DNA of 64,000 nucleotides from Camelus ferus (Eukaryota). The notes below the pieces were generated by a model. It worked only from the letters and a program-made list of their open reading frames with translations. It ran no database searches and was not told the origin of the DNA. Of this stretch, positions 1 to 12,300 are shown in pieces (positions within the stretch are counted from its first letter, which is position 1; the number at the start of each line of letters is the position of its first letter). Location of the stretch: assembly GCF_009834535.1 (NCBI RefSeq), contig NC_045697.1, positions 94,242,001 to 94,306,000 on the forward strand, written 5' to 3'. A program made the translations under genes and the position numbers.

Positions 1-4
1 AATA

Positions 5-60
5 CGGACAATGTCTGGCACACAGTGAATTCTCACTAAAAGTTGGTGGACTGAGTGAAC
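5..60 (+). mobile_element. L2 LINE 3' end relic
   Basis: AATGTCTGGCACACAGTGAATTCTCACTAAAAGTTGG..TGAGTGAA resembles the L2 terminus (AGTGCCTGGCACATAGTAGGTGCTCAATAAATATTTGTTGAATGAA). Confidence 0.6.
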
Positions 61-2539
61 ATGGTTGACCAAGATGAGAAATGGCTCAAAGACACCTGAA
101 AATTGAAATATATCAAATAATACTGTGAATCATTTAAGTAGGGGTGAGCTTTCTAAGAGTGTAAGTCAGTAATAATTCAGAATATTATAGGGACTTCAAT
201 TTTGATAGTATCTTGTTATTCATGCAAAATTTGAGCACAAAAATTTTTTAGCCAATGTGTTTAACTCTGAATTAAAAAGGTGCTGTCACAAAACTATGGA
301 CTGCCACATTTTTTTAAACATGGTGAACTCAACATTATTCTGTTATACATTAGTGTAACTAGTACTTTTAATTATTTAATCCTTATAATCCATTGGTTAA
401 GGGTTATATATTATTTCTTGTAGGTATGCAATGTGAAAATAAGTTGACTCACCAGTGTCTTATACCTGTCAGAATTCTGTAAGAATAAATACATGTAATT
501 AAAAACAAATACCTAAGAAATTGTGGCCAAAATGCAAATTAAATAAACAGAAGTGTAAAAACAGTGTTACTATACATAATTATTAGATAACTCATTTCAT
601 ATAATAAACTAAACTGCTTATTTTAATATGAATATTTCCTAGAAAAATAAAAGTAAAAATCTTATCAACTATTAATTAAATAACTTTTTTCCTTAGAGAT
701 TTTATGCATATTTTTGGACAAAATTACCCCCAAAATTCTTTACATTTTTATAAAAAATTCAACATATGCTGAAAAACTAAAAGAAGAAAGTTCACTTTAT
801 TGCTATACAGCTGTTTCATTATACATAAAACATTTACTATCTTGATAAAGAATTCGTATTCTATTGTTTTATGTAATACACTTAAGATAATCCTTGAATA
901 TTCATTTTATGCATATATAGCAACAATTTCCAAATAATTTCATGAAAATCTAAACACTTGTGTTCCTTGAGTACTCTGAACACAGATTTTTAAAAATTGA
1001 GGATAAGAATTATTTGTAATCTCTAATTAGCACACACAATTAAACAAATATTGAAACTGCAGTTTTATACTAGAATACTGGTTGGTTCAAAAATGATCTG
1101 AAAAGCAAATCTAATCTGAGCAGCAGATTTTAAATGATCTGCAGTTCTGCTGCATTGCAAAGAATTATGAACACATTACACACTGAAGTCAAGAAATAAA
1201 TAACTGATTACCACCAACTATGTTTATGGAATGCCTGCTGAACCCGAAACATTGTGGGGAGTTATCAAAGAAGTTACTTATTCTCAGGAAGATTTAATAT
1301 TTCTTTTATATATTTTCTACATTCTCTTCAGAATGTAGATGTAAATTTAAAAATCTTATCTGGGTTATATTTTTAAATTTGAAATTAAATTTTATTTTTA
1401 CATATAAAGTATCTCAGACTTAGTGATCACGTACAGTGATTATACAGTATGACATGGGCAGTGCTAAGAATGCATAATGACTATTTTTAATCAGAATTTG
1501 AGATGCAGTTATTCAAGTAACTGTGTTAATGTGACAGATTTGGAGGTTCCCTATCTGTTGCTTTTCCACTACAGTGTTTGAACAGCCCATTTTTTTACAT
1601 GCCCAGAATGGAGAAATTTATTTTAAATTACTTACCTATTGGCCAGCTATGGAATCAGGGGTTTTTGATAAATTTGACTTATTGTTAGTTACTAATTATT
1701 AAACAATTTAGGTAATATTAATACAAGGTTAATTCTATGGACTGTACATATTTGGATTTTCCAAGTTAGACAATAAAACAATGGACATAAGGGGACATTG
1801 TCTATTGACTGCAAAGAGTCTCACCATTACATTTAACTTTAATAAATTTCCATGAATAGTAGAAATTAATGTTACATCCCACTTGTAATCAGCAAATAAA
1901 GGACCAGTCAAGATTATAATTAATACACATGTAAAAATCCAGGGATTTTTATTCTCATTACAAAATTGTTGGGAAAAACAAATACTTCTTATGAAAAAAA
2001 GTTTTCCATTTTCTGCTTACCAGTTTATTCAATGGACACCATTTAAAATGATGTTTAAAAATGTATCTCTGTATAGTGACGAATAGAAACTAAAGTTTTG
2101 GTGATAAGCACTCCATGGTGTATACAGAAGTAGATACATAATGTTATAAACCAATGTTACCTCAATAAAAGTTCCCATATAAGGAAAACTTGAAACAATG
2201 AAACACAATTTTTTCAATTTGTATTCTGCTCAATTCAGAGTCAACTGCCTAAATGCATTTAGATTCAACAATAAAAAGCACAATATTACCTTGTTCATAA
2301 AAGGAATCCTTCTCAAATTCTGAAATAAATGTATGAAGCATCAGAGGCACAGAGTCAGTATCAGAATTACCAGAATATTTACTCAGAGTAAATGGAAAAT
2401 CTTGTAAAATATGATACATATTCAAAATATGATATGTCTATAACTATAAACTCCTGTAGACATTCCTCCTTAAAGTATTTATATTTATATATTATCCTTA
2501 TCTTATTTAGAACTTCAGAAAAAATTTGTTCATCTATAA

Positions 2540-3140
2540 TCAAATAATTATTGTGTCTATATGACCTAAGATCTGTGTGCGGCACTATAGAGTCAATGAT
2601 TTAATCAAACGTCCATGCCCTCTGACAGCAAGGAGCTTTTTAATGAAAAAAAAAAAAAAAAAGAAAGAAAAAAGACAACTGACCTTTAAAAAGGCATAAT
2701 TACAAAGGTTATGAATTATCTGTTATGAAACAAAACTTAGGATGTTGTAAGACATTTCAATAGCAGACCTAATTTTATATGGAGTCAGGAAAGGCATTTT
2801 CAAAGAAGTAACATTTAATATAAAACAAAGCTTTGGTGGAATGGTTGGCCAGAGGCATTAGCAGGGAAGAGGATATATGAAAGTTCTGAGTGTGGCAGGA
2901 GAGGGGAGGCAGAAAAAGAGAAAGATCTTATAAAAAAGAGCCAGGTCAGTGAGACTGCAGTTACACACTAAGATAAACAGGAAGAATGACATGAGATGAA
3001 GTTGAAGAAGTTAAACAGGTCAGATGATGCAAAGTTTGGCAGCTGAGAATGCTCCGATGTGGGAGTATCCAGTAAATCTAATTTTAACAGGGACACAGTT
3101 TCACTGTGATTGATATGAAGATGCTTACTTGCTTTAGGTG
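2540..3140 (-). mobile_element. L2 LINE 3' region relic (antisense), with an internal A-rich tract at ~2646-2674
   Basis: AATAATTATTGTGTCTAT...GGCACTATAGAG...CCATGCCCTC and GGAGTCAGGAAAGGCATTTTCAAAGAAGTAACATTTAA match the reverse complement of the L2 3' end. Confidence 0.7.
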
Positions 3141-3223
3141 GACCACAGATTTGGTTATGAGCTTTCAGGCCATCAATTCACTTAGTAATGACTGATTTGT
3201 TATAAAATTTACCTAATAGGTGA

Positions 3224-3250
3224 ATAGATAGATAGATAGATAGACAGATA
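3224..3250. repeat. (GATA)n microsatellite
   Basis: ATAGATAGATAGATAGATAGACAGATA seen directly. Confidence 0.95.
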
Positions 3251-3410
3251 AATTAAGTAAAACCAAACTGCTTTTTCAGGTGTATGACCAACAAATTAAG
3301 ATCTAGCAGGACTGAACAGGAGTTTCTCCTGTAATATCCAGAGGGTTAGAAGAGATAGATTTCGGAATAGAAAAGTAACAAAAACTATACCTTCATACCT
3401 ACAGCTTGGG

Positions 3411-3444
<34 letters not shown>
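3411..3444. repeat. compound (GT)n(GA)n microsatellite
   Basis: About 11 GT units followed by about 5 GA units, seen directly. Confidence 0.95.
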
Positions 3445-4369
3445 AATTGATAATATCCTTTAATCTGTTATCATATAGTCACACAAAAAGTAAAAAGATT
3501 TAATAGGATATTCAGCTAATGTTTTATTACTCACTGTTAAGAGAACTCTGAATATCAGGAGAAGGATTTAAGGCTGAACCGTATTTTGAATGTGAAAAAT
3601 GCTATGTGCCTGTCAAGTACGAAGTAACATGAACGATATTAAACATACCACCTGTAGACTTTAAGAGATTTCCTTTTGCAAGATTAACTTGATTAACTCA
3701 TCAATAAATTATAAGGAGAGTTAACTAGATTATTTTTAAGGAACAAGGAGATAGACACTTTAGAATCAATACATGTAATTGAAACTGCCACATGTTATAG
3801 TCATTAGTTTCATAGTTTAATAGATGATGAGAACTTCTACTGGAACCAAATCGAATGTGCCTGTTAGTAACAATGAGTAATAATGAAGTGCAAGGCTATG
3901 TAACAGAAACAAATGAGGTGTAAAGTAAAATAATAGAAGAACATGACAAGTTAATTTTTTTTTTTTTTGCTGTGCAATGTTCTTGGACTAGAGTACATCA
4001 TAAACAAAAAATTCACTTTTATATCTGCTAATTTCATGGGCAGAAACATAATGGATAGATCAGATAATCTGTGTTGCTGAAATTTTTTTCTGAAACATCA
4101 AACTCTACAGCCTTCATATAGACAGCATTTGATTAATAATATTTGACATAATTAGGACAGTTACAAACCATTTTAAGCTGAATATTTGTTACAACTCTCT
4201 TCTATATCTCCTCTCTCCATGTGATAGAGAGGTTATTTACACAATATCCTACTAAAAAATGTAAAGCTCTTCCTCACAATATGACTGAATTTTACATTTC
4301 AAAACTGTTATTGATATATTTAAAACAACTTTATTTAAGTAAATTAATAATAGTTATAATAAAAATTCA

Positions 4370-4850
4370 AACAAACCAATAGAGCTAAAAAATAGAATCA
4401 GCAAATATTTTAGAGACACTAAATGCAACAGCAGAAGCTGGTATCCAAAAAAATAGGACTAATAAAGCAAACAGGTAAGATTTTAATAGTAATGTAAAAA
4501 AATATGACTATAAGTAGTGGAAATGGCATCTATCTATTAAACAGAGATGAATACTCTGAAAAAAATCATCTCTGTTCTTTTAAAGCTAAAATATAATCCT
4601 CTTACCCATATATATATATATATGTATGTATGTATATATCTAAGTTAAGAAGAAAAAGAGACTCTAATTAAGGTCAAATTTATGAGCTGAAAGATAGAGT
4701 CAAGTTATTTTCCTAGGACAAAGAATTAAAGGACAAAGAGATAAGAGGTAGAAATGACAAATTAAGAGGAATAGTGGAAATATCCAGCAGTTCCAATATT
4801 TATTGATCCAACAGGAGTTCCGGATGAAAATATAGTGAAATCAGAGATGA
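4370..4850 (+). mobile_element. old L1ME/HAL1-like ORF1 relic with an internal (TA)n/(TATG)n tract
   Basis: Purine-rich segment GAGCTGAAAGATAGAGTCAAG...AAAGGACAAAGAGATAAGAGG...TCCAGCAGTTCCAATATT...ACAGGAGTTCCGGA, typical of the L1/HAL1 ORF1 coiled-coil/RRM region. Confidence 0.6.
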
Positions 4851-5560
4851 CATTCATCAGCCAGCTCACAAATATTTAAGTGCCTACTTTCTTCCAGTCA
4901 ATAAATTATGCACTAGTGACACAATGGTAACAAGGGAGACCTCTTCCATAGGGGAACAGACTGGGAATCAACACAGAAAAAAAAATTAGATGATTTCAAG
5001 TAATACAAGTATTAAATTAGAAGATGAAAATCATAATGTGATAGAGAATGATGGTGTTTGGTTGGGTGTGACTGAGATTATAGAAGATGGTCAATATTGT
5101 GAATGACATTTGAGTTAAAAAAAATATGGGAGGAGGGTTGCCATCCTAGAATGGCATCTAGAGTGGAATCTAGAGTGGATTAGATCAGCAAGTATGAGAA
5201 GCTCTGGAAAATGAATGAGGTTGGCATGTTTGAGAGAACGAGAAACTCCGGGCAGAGCAGGCAGGTGTCAGAGAATGGGATAAAGTCAGAAATGATGGGC
5301 TGCGTCTTGTCAAGTGGGAACTTTTGTACAGTCCTACAAGAGTTAGGATTTCATTTGAGTCGTAATGAGAAGACTTAGAAAGATTTTGGTTTTATGCTTT
5401 AAAAAGATTACATTCTGCTTTAAAAGAATTGTTTCCACTGGTAGGTGGAGATGCTGTTATAGCTTTAAGGGGGCAAAACTGAAGAGATCAGTTAGATGGC
5501 TGTTGACTAGTCCAGGTAGGAGACAAATGGTAGCTGACAAGTCCAAGGCTGGAAGCAACT
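4850..5560 (-). mobile_element. L2 LINE relic (antisense)
   Basis: Starts CATTCATCAGCCAGCTCACAAATATTTAAGTGCCTACT (reverse complement of the L2 end). Later GAGATCAGTTAGATGGCTGTTGACTAGTCCAGGTAGGAGA is a typical L2 block. Confidence 0.8.
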
Positions 5561-7559
5561 GTGCCTGTGGACCATGTGGAAATGGCTTCCTGAAGCCTAG
5601 GATATTCTCAGCTTTTAACACCTATCACCTCGGCAGCAAGTGTGTGAAGATGTGCCACTCCTTGGATAGTCTTAGTCGATCGATCATCAGGTGTCACTAA
5701 TGGTTTGGATGACATAGATTCTATTTTAGCTTGCATTTGCAAATTACTCTAAATTAAAGACTCTAAATTAGCTTACAAGTTTTTCTAGGGCATGTCTATA
5801 GATATTTGGTCTGAATTTTACACAGCAAAAAATACTAGTGAAAATTTAAATTAGACAATTTCCTCATTCAATTTTTGCTCAGAAATACAAGTTAGAAAAT
5901 ACAAAATGAAACTTGGCATATGGCATGGCACATTAATCAGCAGCTAAATATTTTTAAATGGAAAATTTTATGGCTATTACCCAACCAATTCAGAGATTTC
6001 TATTTCTACCATAAAATGATTTCTTTGGATATGTCTACATCATGAACAACCTTAGATTAATAAAATTTTATTATTTTGGCCAGTGTCATATTTGTCATGA
6101 AAATGAACAAGAAAATTCACTGAATTTTGTATAAAAGATTAATACATTGTACTACTTTAAAATATCATTATTAAAGAAACTGAGAAAATATGCATTTTTT
6201 TGGAGCCCATGCATGACCAGTAGCTAATTTTTCAAGTTTATTATGTCAGGGTTGTGATTTCTGGATTTCAAAAGCAATTAGATCGAATTAAATGTTTGCT
6301 GAATTGCATTAAATTGGGACAAAAGTTTCTAAAGAATTTCTTGGAGACCAAAGAAACAAGGAGAAATTGAACTGATCAGTTGGTGTGGACAATGCTCCTA
6401 AGGATGAGGGTTAAAATCTTAGTATAAAATGACCCTTTATTTCTGAATTACCCAAATATAGGACTAAGATTAAGGAATATCCTATTTCTCTCCTCTTTTT
6501 GGATAAAACTGACAAGTATGCCTTTGTTTAGGGATTTATTAGCTACAGCGCAGGCTAATATACTCTAAAGAGTCTAAGATACAGTGATCCAAATGTCACA
6601 AAAATGTATTTTGCTATCAGTTAGTGTTCAGAGGGTAGCAGGCCACACTGCTGGGGAGCTGACTGACTTTCTCAATATGTGGCTTTAGTTTTGGGAACTA
6701 ATGGACTCAATACCTTTTTCTATCTTGCATATTTTTGCATGTCTGTTTCATTTAAAAAAACCCATTTAAATTGATTCCCACCATCTGTCCATATATTTTA
6801 AAGATGACATTGTAGGCTGAACAGACCAGTTCTAAGATTAATAAAAAAATTAAGCATTCATCAGTTAAATAATCTATAGTGCTATACATTGCAGGGAGAA
6901 CGTTCACTTTCACAAATAGGTGAAAATTTCCCAAATCATCACTGATAAATACTGCTTTTATCTAATCAAAGTTTAGTATCTGAACATTTCTGCGTAACAC
7001 TTGTAAATGGCTAACTATATTTATACTGCCCATAGGTATCTGTATTAAAATGTTATAAAACAATACATCCCCCTTGTAAACAGATGTAATACAAACATTA
7101 TAATTAACCAGTAAAATTCCAATTTGCTTAACTTCCAATGCAGAGTTGAATTCTCTTAAAAAAAGTCATGTATATATTTATTCCAGTTGTTTATACAGCT
7201 ATAAACATACATATATTCTCCATTTACTTTTATTTTGTAGAATAAATATATTATTTTTAAATAATAATGAAAAAAACCCAGAAATGAATGGATGGCTAGT
7301 TATTTTTCATATGTTTTTCTTCTTCCTGCAGCCCTGATTCTAAAGTTCTCCTCAGAGAACTTCACAAATAACAGTTTTGTATGTATGCTACTTATATTTT
7401 CATATGCCTTAAAGTATATTTTTAATTATATATTTATAAGCTATCCAGTACTCTTTTGTGATTTCCTACAATTGAAATCATAGTCTCATATTTTTATGAA
7501 AACGTTTTTAAAATTTAAGGTGTTTTGGATGCCTTTTATTTCTGTACATATAATTTCAT

Positions 7560-8065
7560 TTATTTTTAATTAGTTGTAAAGAAAGTCTTAAGACTAACAA
7601 TTGCACATAGTAAAGAAAAATTACGAAGCTATGTAAGACCTACACAATATATAACCTTCTCTTTTACCACGACTAACAGCGTTTTGTGTATCTCCAGTAG
7701 AAGATGGCATTATATTACATTTTAACTTGATATTTGTTTTAGTGAATAATATACTGTGATATGCTTCTCATTCTTTTTACGACTGATTACATACATTATT
7801 AACAAGAAATAACATTCTTGAAACAATCCACTATTCATGGAACTGTGTACTGTTTCAAATTTTCTGTAATTTCAAATGGTGCTTTAATGACTATGCTTCT
7901 ATATAGCTAACCATATCTTAAATGTATTTTATGTGCACTTTTGGGTGCAATATCACAGAATTTTTTGGATAGATGATATTTCGAGATAGGAAAATCCAAA
8001 TCTTCCTTTATAGATAAAGAGACTCTGGTTTTCCAATGCCACATAGCAATTTCACTACCACCATT
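7560..8065 (-). mobile_element. old L1 (L1ME-like) 3' UTR relic, antisense
   Basis: TGTTTCAAATTTTCTGTAATTTCAAATGGTGCTTTAATGACTATGCTT and CAATTTCACTACCACCA motifs of antisense L1 3' UTR. Confidence 0.5.
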
Positions 8066-8402
8066 AAAAGCATGTTTTTCTTGAAATTATTTCTATGTCT
8101 TTCTGCTACATATGGAGAACAAAGCACATTTATTAGTGGGATATAAACTTGGGACCCCTAATGATCCAATATCCTGCCAAATTTTCCCTTTTTTCCCTAG
8201 TGGAACAGACTTAGGTCTGCAGATTTTTTTCCCCTAAGTTCTCCAGTTCTGAAACTACAAACTCCCTACGGTGTACCCTCATCAGTCCTTATCCTCCTCT
8301 TACACAGATTTCTTGATAGCGTTTATCACCTTAAATTAGTTTTTTGTTAGTTATTTATTTTCCTTCACTTAGAATACAAGTATCATGAAGAAAATGTTCA
8401 CC

Positions 8403-8870
8403 TTTTTCTTTTTTCTGTTCAGAAGCAAAGGAAAGTTTTACTCTCTGATCAGAGAAAGGAGAGGTGTGAGCTCGAGCTCCAGCCTACCTGCTCTCCGTGA
8501 CTGGCCCCGGCCTGAGTTGCTTCACTGGGATCTTGTCCGCGGGAGGAGGCGGAGTTCTCGCGAGACCCATGCAGCTGTGCTGCTCCCGCTCTGGATTGTG
8601 CTGACATGCGCAGTGTCACTGCTCTCAGCCCGCCGTCGCCACCACCTTGAAGTGAGGTGCTGTGCATAGCACTTCTGCACAAGGTCCCCGAGTTGAGGTG
8701 TTGGTGCGTCCGGTGCATCCGTTTTGCACTAGGAAGTCTGATCTGAAGGGCCCGGGATAAGACTGCTACACGCGGCATCTGTGAGCAAGTGAAACTAAAC
8801 TCTTTACCTACAATTGGTCTCCAGTCACATAGCCTCCTTCCTGCTCCAAGATTGATCAGGTAAATTCTGT
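8403..8870 (-). mobile_element. young CpG-rich LTR-like retroelement (probably lineage-specific; family not identified)
   Basis: Interrupts an L2. About 20 CpG in 8470-8780 against a CpG-depleted background. Minus strand has AGTAAA (8437-8442) about 20 nt before CA and an A-rich tail. No convincing TSD found. Confidence 0.6.
8545..8613. promoter_or_regulatory. candidate CpG-island-type promoter motifs: GC-box, TCTCGCGAGA (BANP/ZBTB33-associated motif), NRF1-like half site
   Basis: GGAGGCGGAG at 8545-8554, perfect palindrome TCTCGCGAGA at 8556-8565, ACATGCGCAG at 8604-8613. Motif presence only; activity not shown. Confidence 0.45.
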
Positions 8871-9049
8871 TGTTTCTCTTTTATGCAAGATATAGCTTTA
8901 GCACTTAGAATGATGCCTAACTCATAGCAGGCATTCAAATATTATTTGTTGAACAAATCTTTTTCCGCCTTTTTTGCTGATACAAGAAGCATTTTCCTTC
9001 CATCTGTCACAAATGTCATCATACCCTGTGTTATCATGTACCCATTGTT

Positions 9050-9134
9050 TATTTTTTATTTCTCAGAGTTCTGTGGCCAGCTTGTTCTAAAAAGAATTTT
9101 ATTTAGATATGTTTTTTGCTGCTTTGCTTTTTTT

Positions 9135-9171
<37 letters not shown>

Positions 9172-10260
9172 CTTGGCAATTAGAAGCTGCCTCACTTCAA
9201 AATCCTTTTATTTTCCGACACACGGCTTTTTCTTTCATTACACCTGTGGGTACTTCTTCCATTCTTTATTTCCTTCTCTTTCTATTTCTTTACTTCCCAG
9301 TAGAGCAAAATTTTACCTTTTGGATTTATACTGCCTTCTCTTACCTTTTCTCTCATTCTTTTTATAGCTTTGTCTTTTGGCTTTATGTTCTGGAAGGTTT
9401 CTTCAGTGTTACATTTTTATTACTTTTTCTGTCATTACATTTTAATTACCATGAACTTGAGTATTCATTTTTTGGTAGCTGTACTTTCTTGTGTTTTTAG
9501 ATGCAAATCGTTCCTCTAATCAATCTGGAAATACTGAGTCGAATTCTCTTCCCTTTCACTCTTCTTGTTCCCTGAATATCGTTGTCTTCTCCGTGGTTCA
9601 TTTTTGTTTTCTTCTTTCTTCAGTTGTTTGGCAATACTTGGTTATTGGCTTACATTTGTGAATGAATGAGAAGATTGGCTAATACAGCTATTTGGAAGGG
9701 ATTTCCTCTCCTTTGAGTATGCCTATTTCTTTGTCAGGCTCCTCTCAGTGGGCTGGCCGGCTGTGAGGGCTCAGTATGTACGTGAGCAGTGTTTACAGGC
9801 AGGATTCACTTTAGTGCACAATCTCTTATAACCCAATACATATACTACGATCAGAAAGGTTTTAACTTACCCTAACATTTCCACCAGGAGCCTTAGCTAA
9901 ACTCTGGCAACTTTTTCGAATGCAGCATCTGTTTTTGCTTTCCAGCACTTCGGCTGTTCTGAGTTTGCGATAATGACGGCGGGGTGGGATACCTGGCCCA
10001 GTTCTGATTACTATGAATACTGTCCTGCGTCTCATTCCCACTTTTTAGAGACCATCCAAGTTTGGAAATTTTCTGAAGCTTCATGGGGAAGAAAGTTTTC
10101 TAAACCAAGTCAATCAATCAATCATCTGTTTTCAAATGATCCAAAATATAAAGAATATATGACAAATGAGAGTTTCCCCTCAACCTTAGAGATAGTCAAT
10201 ATATTTGTTTTCTGTTTAATTCCTTCTGAATATTAAAATTTTATGAGGTATCTATGTCCA
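9050..10260 (-). mobile_element. HAL1/L1ME-like ORF1 and 5' region relic (antisense), with a T31 tract at 9137-9167
   Basis: T-rich antisense pattern TTCTGGAAGGTTTCTTCAG...TTCTTGTGTTTTTAGATGCAAATCGTTCCTCTAATCAATCTGGAAATACTGA, characteristic of antisense HAL1/L1 ORF1. Confidence 0.55.
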
Positions 10261-12174
10261 CTTTAACTCTTAAGGGTCAATATTCTTTCCTATTTCTCAG
10301 TATTTTTAACAGGAACTTGATGTTTCTAACTCCGTTGAACATGTATTCTCCATTAACTAGCAGTATTTGTAAACAATCATTGATAATTTTAATTTATTTC
10401 ATACCATAAAATTTATTTCATACCATGTAAAATGATTTACTTACATGTGTTAAGAACAAAAATGTTAGTATCTTCATTTGTAAATTGTGGAACCTTATTA
10501 ATTGTACAGTGGGTTCTCATGGGGACATGCGGGTAGTAACTCATTACCATAAGACAGATCCTTGAACAAATGTTAATAGAAAACTACAAATGAGGCTTAT
10601 CTTACGTTTTTCACTTTAAGTATGTTACCATGCATATTTTTGGTTGCTGATATCTATAAAAGGGTTAATTCTATTTTTTTTTCTCTTGATAAAAGATGAG
10701 GTAGTAATTTATTTTCTAAAGTCAGTTGTCTCTTATAGTGCTCGTGATTTTCTGTGGGCCTGGCTACTAGAAATTGCTGAGAACTAGGTGGAAAACATTG
10801 TGTTTGATGTTATTTCCACAGATTTTATGCTTCATTTGGTCCGTAGAAAAATGAACACAAGCTTTTCAAATAGCTGTATCTTGCTCAAATGTGCTTTTAT
10901 GACCTAACTCTAAAGCTCTAACTAAACTCTAAAGCTCTCCAGTACTTTGGCTCACCATCAAGAGTAGTGCTGTGAGCAGCACTTCCATAATACAGTATTG
11001 CTTTTGTTGTTTTATGACAATCTGCAGGCACTCCAGAGAACTGGATTGGCAATTCATATAATTCTACCACATGATGCAAATTTCCTTAGACTTCAAGGTA
11101 GTATGTATTTGTCTTAGTAGTAACATGAAGGTGAACACTGAGTACTGTAGAAGTGCTGGCGATTTATGATCCATGGGAATGATTCTGCCCCACTGGCTGG
11201 TTAAGTGTGGGGCTTTAACAGCTATAAAGCATAAATCTACTGTCTATGAGGCTGCTCAGTTTTATGACTATTTTTCTAACTTGAGAATTTTCCTGTTGGG
11301 GATAGAACCACCTTGTCTCGTCATTTATTACTCATGCTTTTTGTTTCAGCATGAGTCTGAATATGGTGATATTAGAATTTCCTAGTTGTATGTGGCATAA
11401 CTTGGATCAGTTCTCGCAGGCTCTCTCGTTCTCTCCTTTACAGTTTAAGGAGGGTGTTTAGTAGCAGAAGGAGGTATATGAGCACAAGATGCAAGACCAG
11501 GAGAGACTAGGGAAAAATGCAAAGGAAAACTGAGGTATCTTTGGTAACAAGAGAAAACAGAAAAGCAAAGAGTAAGAAAGGAATGTTATATAATTCTTAA
11601 AGGCAGCAAAAGAGGGCACAAAAGTAAGGGGAACAGAGATCTTTGAAACACTGGATGTGAAGTACAGGAGTTGAATATATTTCTGCACACAGTTAATGTC
11701 TTGGTCTATCTGATTATTTCTACACCTGTTTCCTTTTTTTCTTCCACTTAGGGTCCATTTCTGGCAATTTCTTTATTCAAGTAATAAACCTTTTTAATGT
11801 ATTCATTTCATCAAAGAGGAAAACACATCCTTCATCTTTTTAACCTTTTGTTTAACAAGTGAACGTTGTGTCTGTACACCTGTTTACGTGGCTGCCCTGT
11901 AGGTACTGACGCTTCTCAAACTGGCATTCTGAGTTTTGTCGAGCCTCACGTAGAGATGTAATAACTTAAGCTTTGCTCTGTGTCTCCCTACAATAAATGT
12001 TTGCTTTAACCAGAAATCAGCTCCTCACATGGGCGATTCACAAGGTGGTTGTCAGTGGTGAATGTCTAAGTAAATGAACATTCCATTTCATCAGCTCTAG
12101 CGGTTTGCTGTGTATGTATATTGTGATGGCAGCCGTCTTTGGTGGAAGGAGACTTTTTACAGGTGTCTGGTGGC

Positions 12175-12300
12175 CTATGTTCTACCCCAGCTTCACTGCT
12201 TATTAGTTCTGTGACCTCGAGCATGTCTCTCCAGTATCATAACTCATCCCCCCCCCCCAGTTTGGAAAGAAGGACATATAATGTCCCCACAATTGCCACC
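12175..12300 (+). mobile_element. MIR SINE relic
   Basis: TTCTACCCCAGCTTCACTGCTTATTAGTTCTGTGACCTCGAGCATGT matches the MIR core. Confidence 0.65.

Larger units (their letters stand above)
8200..8955 (+). mobile_element. L2 3' end, split by the CpG-rich insertion at ~8403-8870
   Basis: Left piece ends TAGAATACAAGTATCATGAAG. Right piece GCACTTAGAATGATGCCTAACTCATAGCAGGCATTCAAATATTATTTGTTGAA continues the L2 consensus. Confidence 0.75.

Noticed and set aside
8385..8778. 94-aa (+) and 109-aa (-) ORFs, and the idea that this is a processed pseudogene or a 7SK/7SL copy
   Set aside because: Open frames are expected in GC-rich DNA, the peptides resemble nothing I know, and the sequence does not match 7SK or 7SL as I recall them.
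8946..9500. 184-aa hydrophobic ORF resembling a membrane protein
   Set aside because: The Phe/Leu richness comes from poly(T) and T-rich antisense L1/HAL1 sequence; TTG start; no domain.
11027..11100. Open frame ALQRTGLAIHIILPHDANFLRLQ between CTGCAG and a GT
   Set aside because: Weak donor, unrecognised peptide; compatible with chance.
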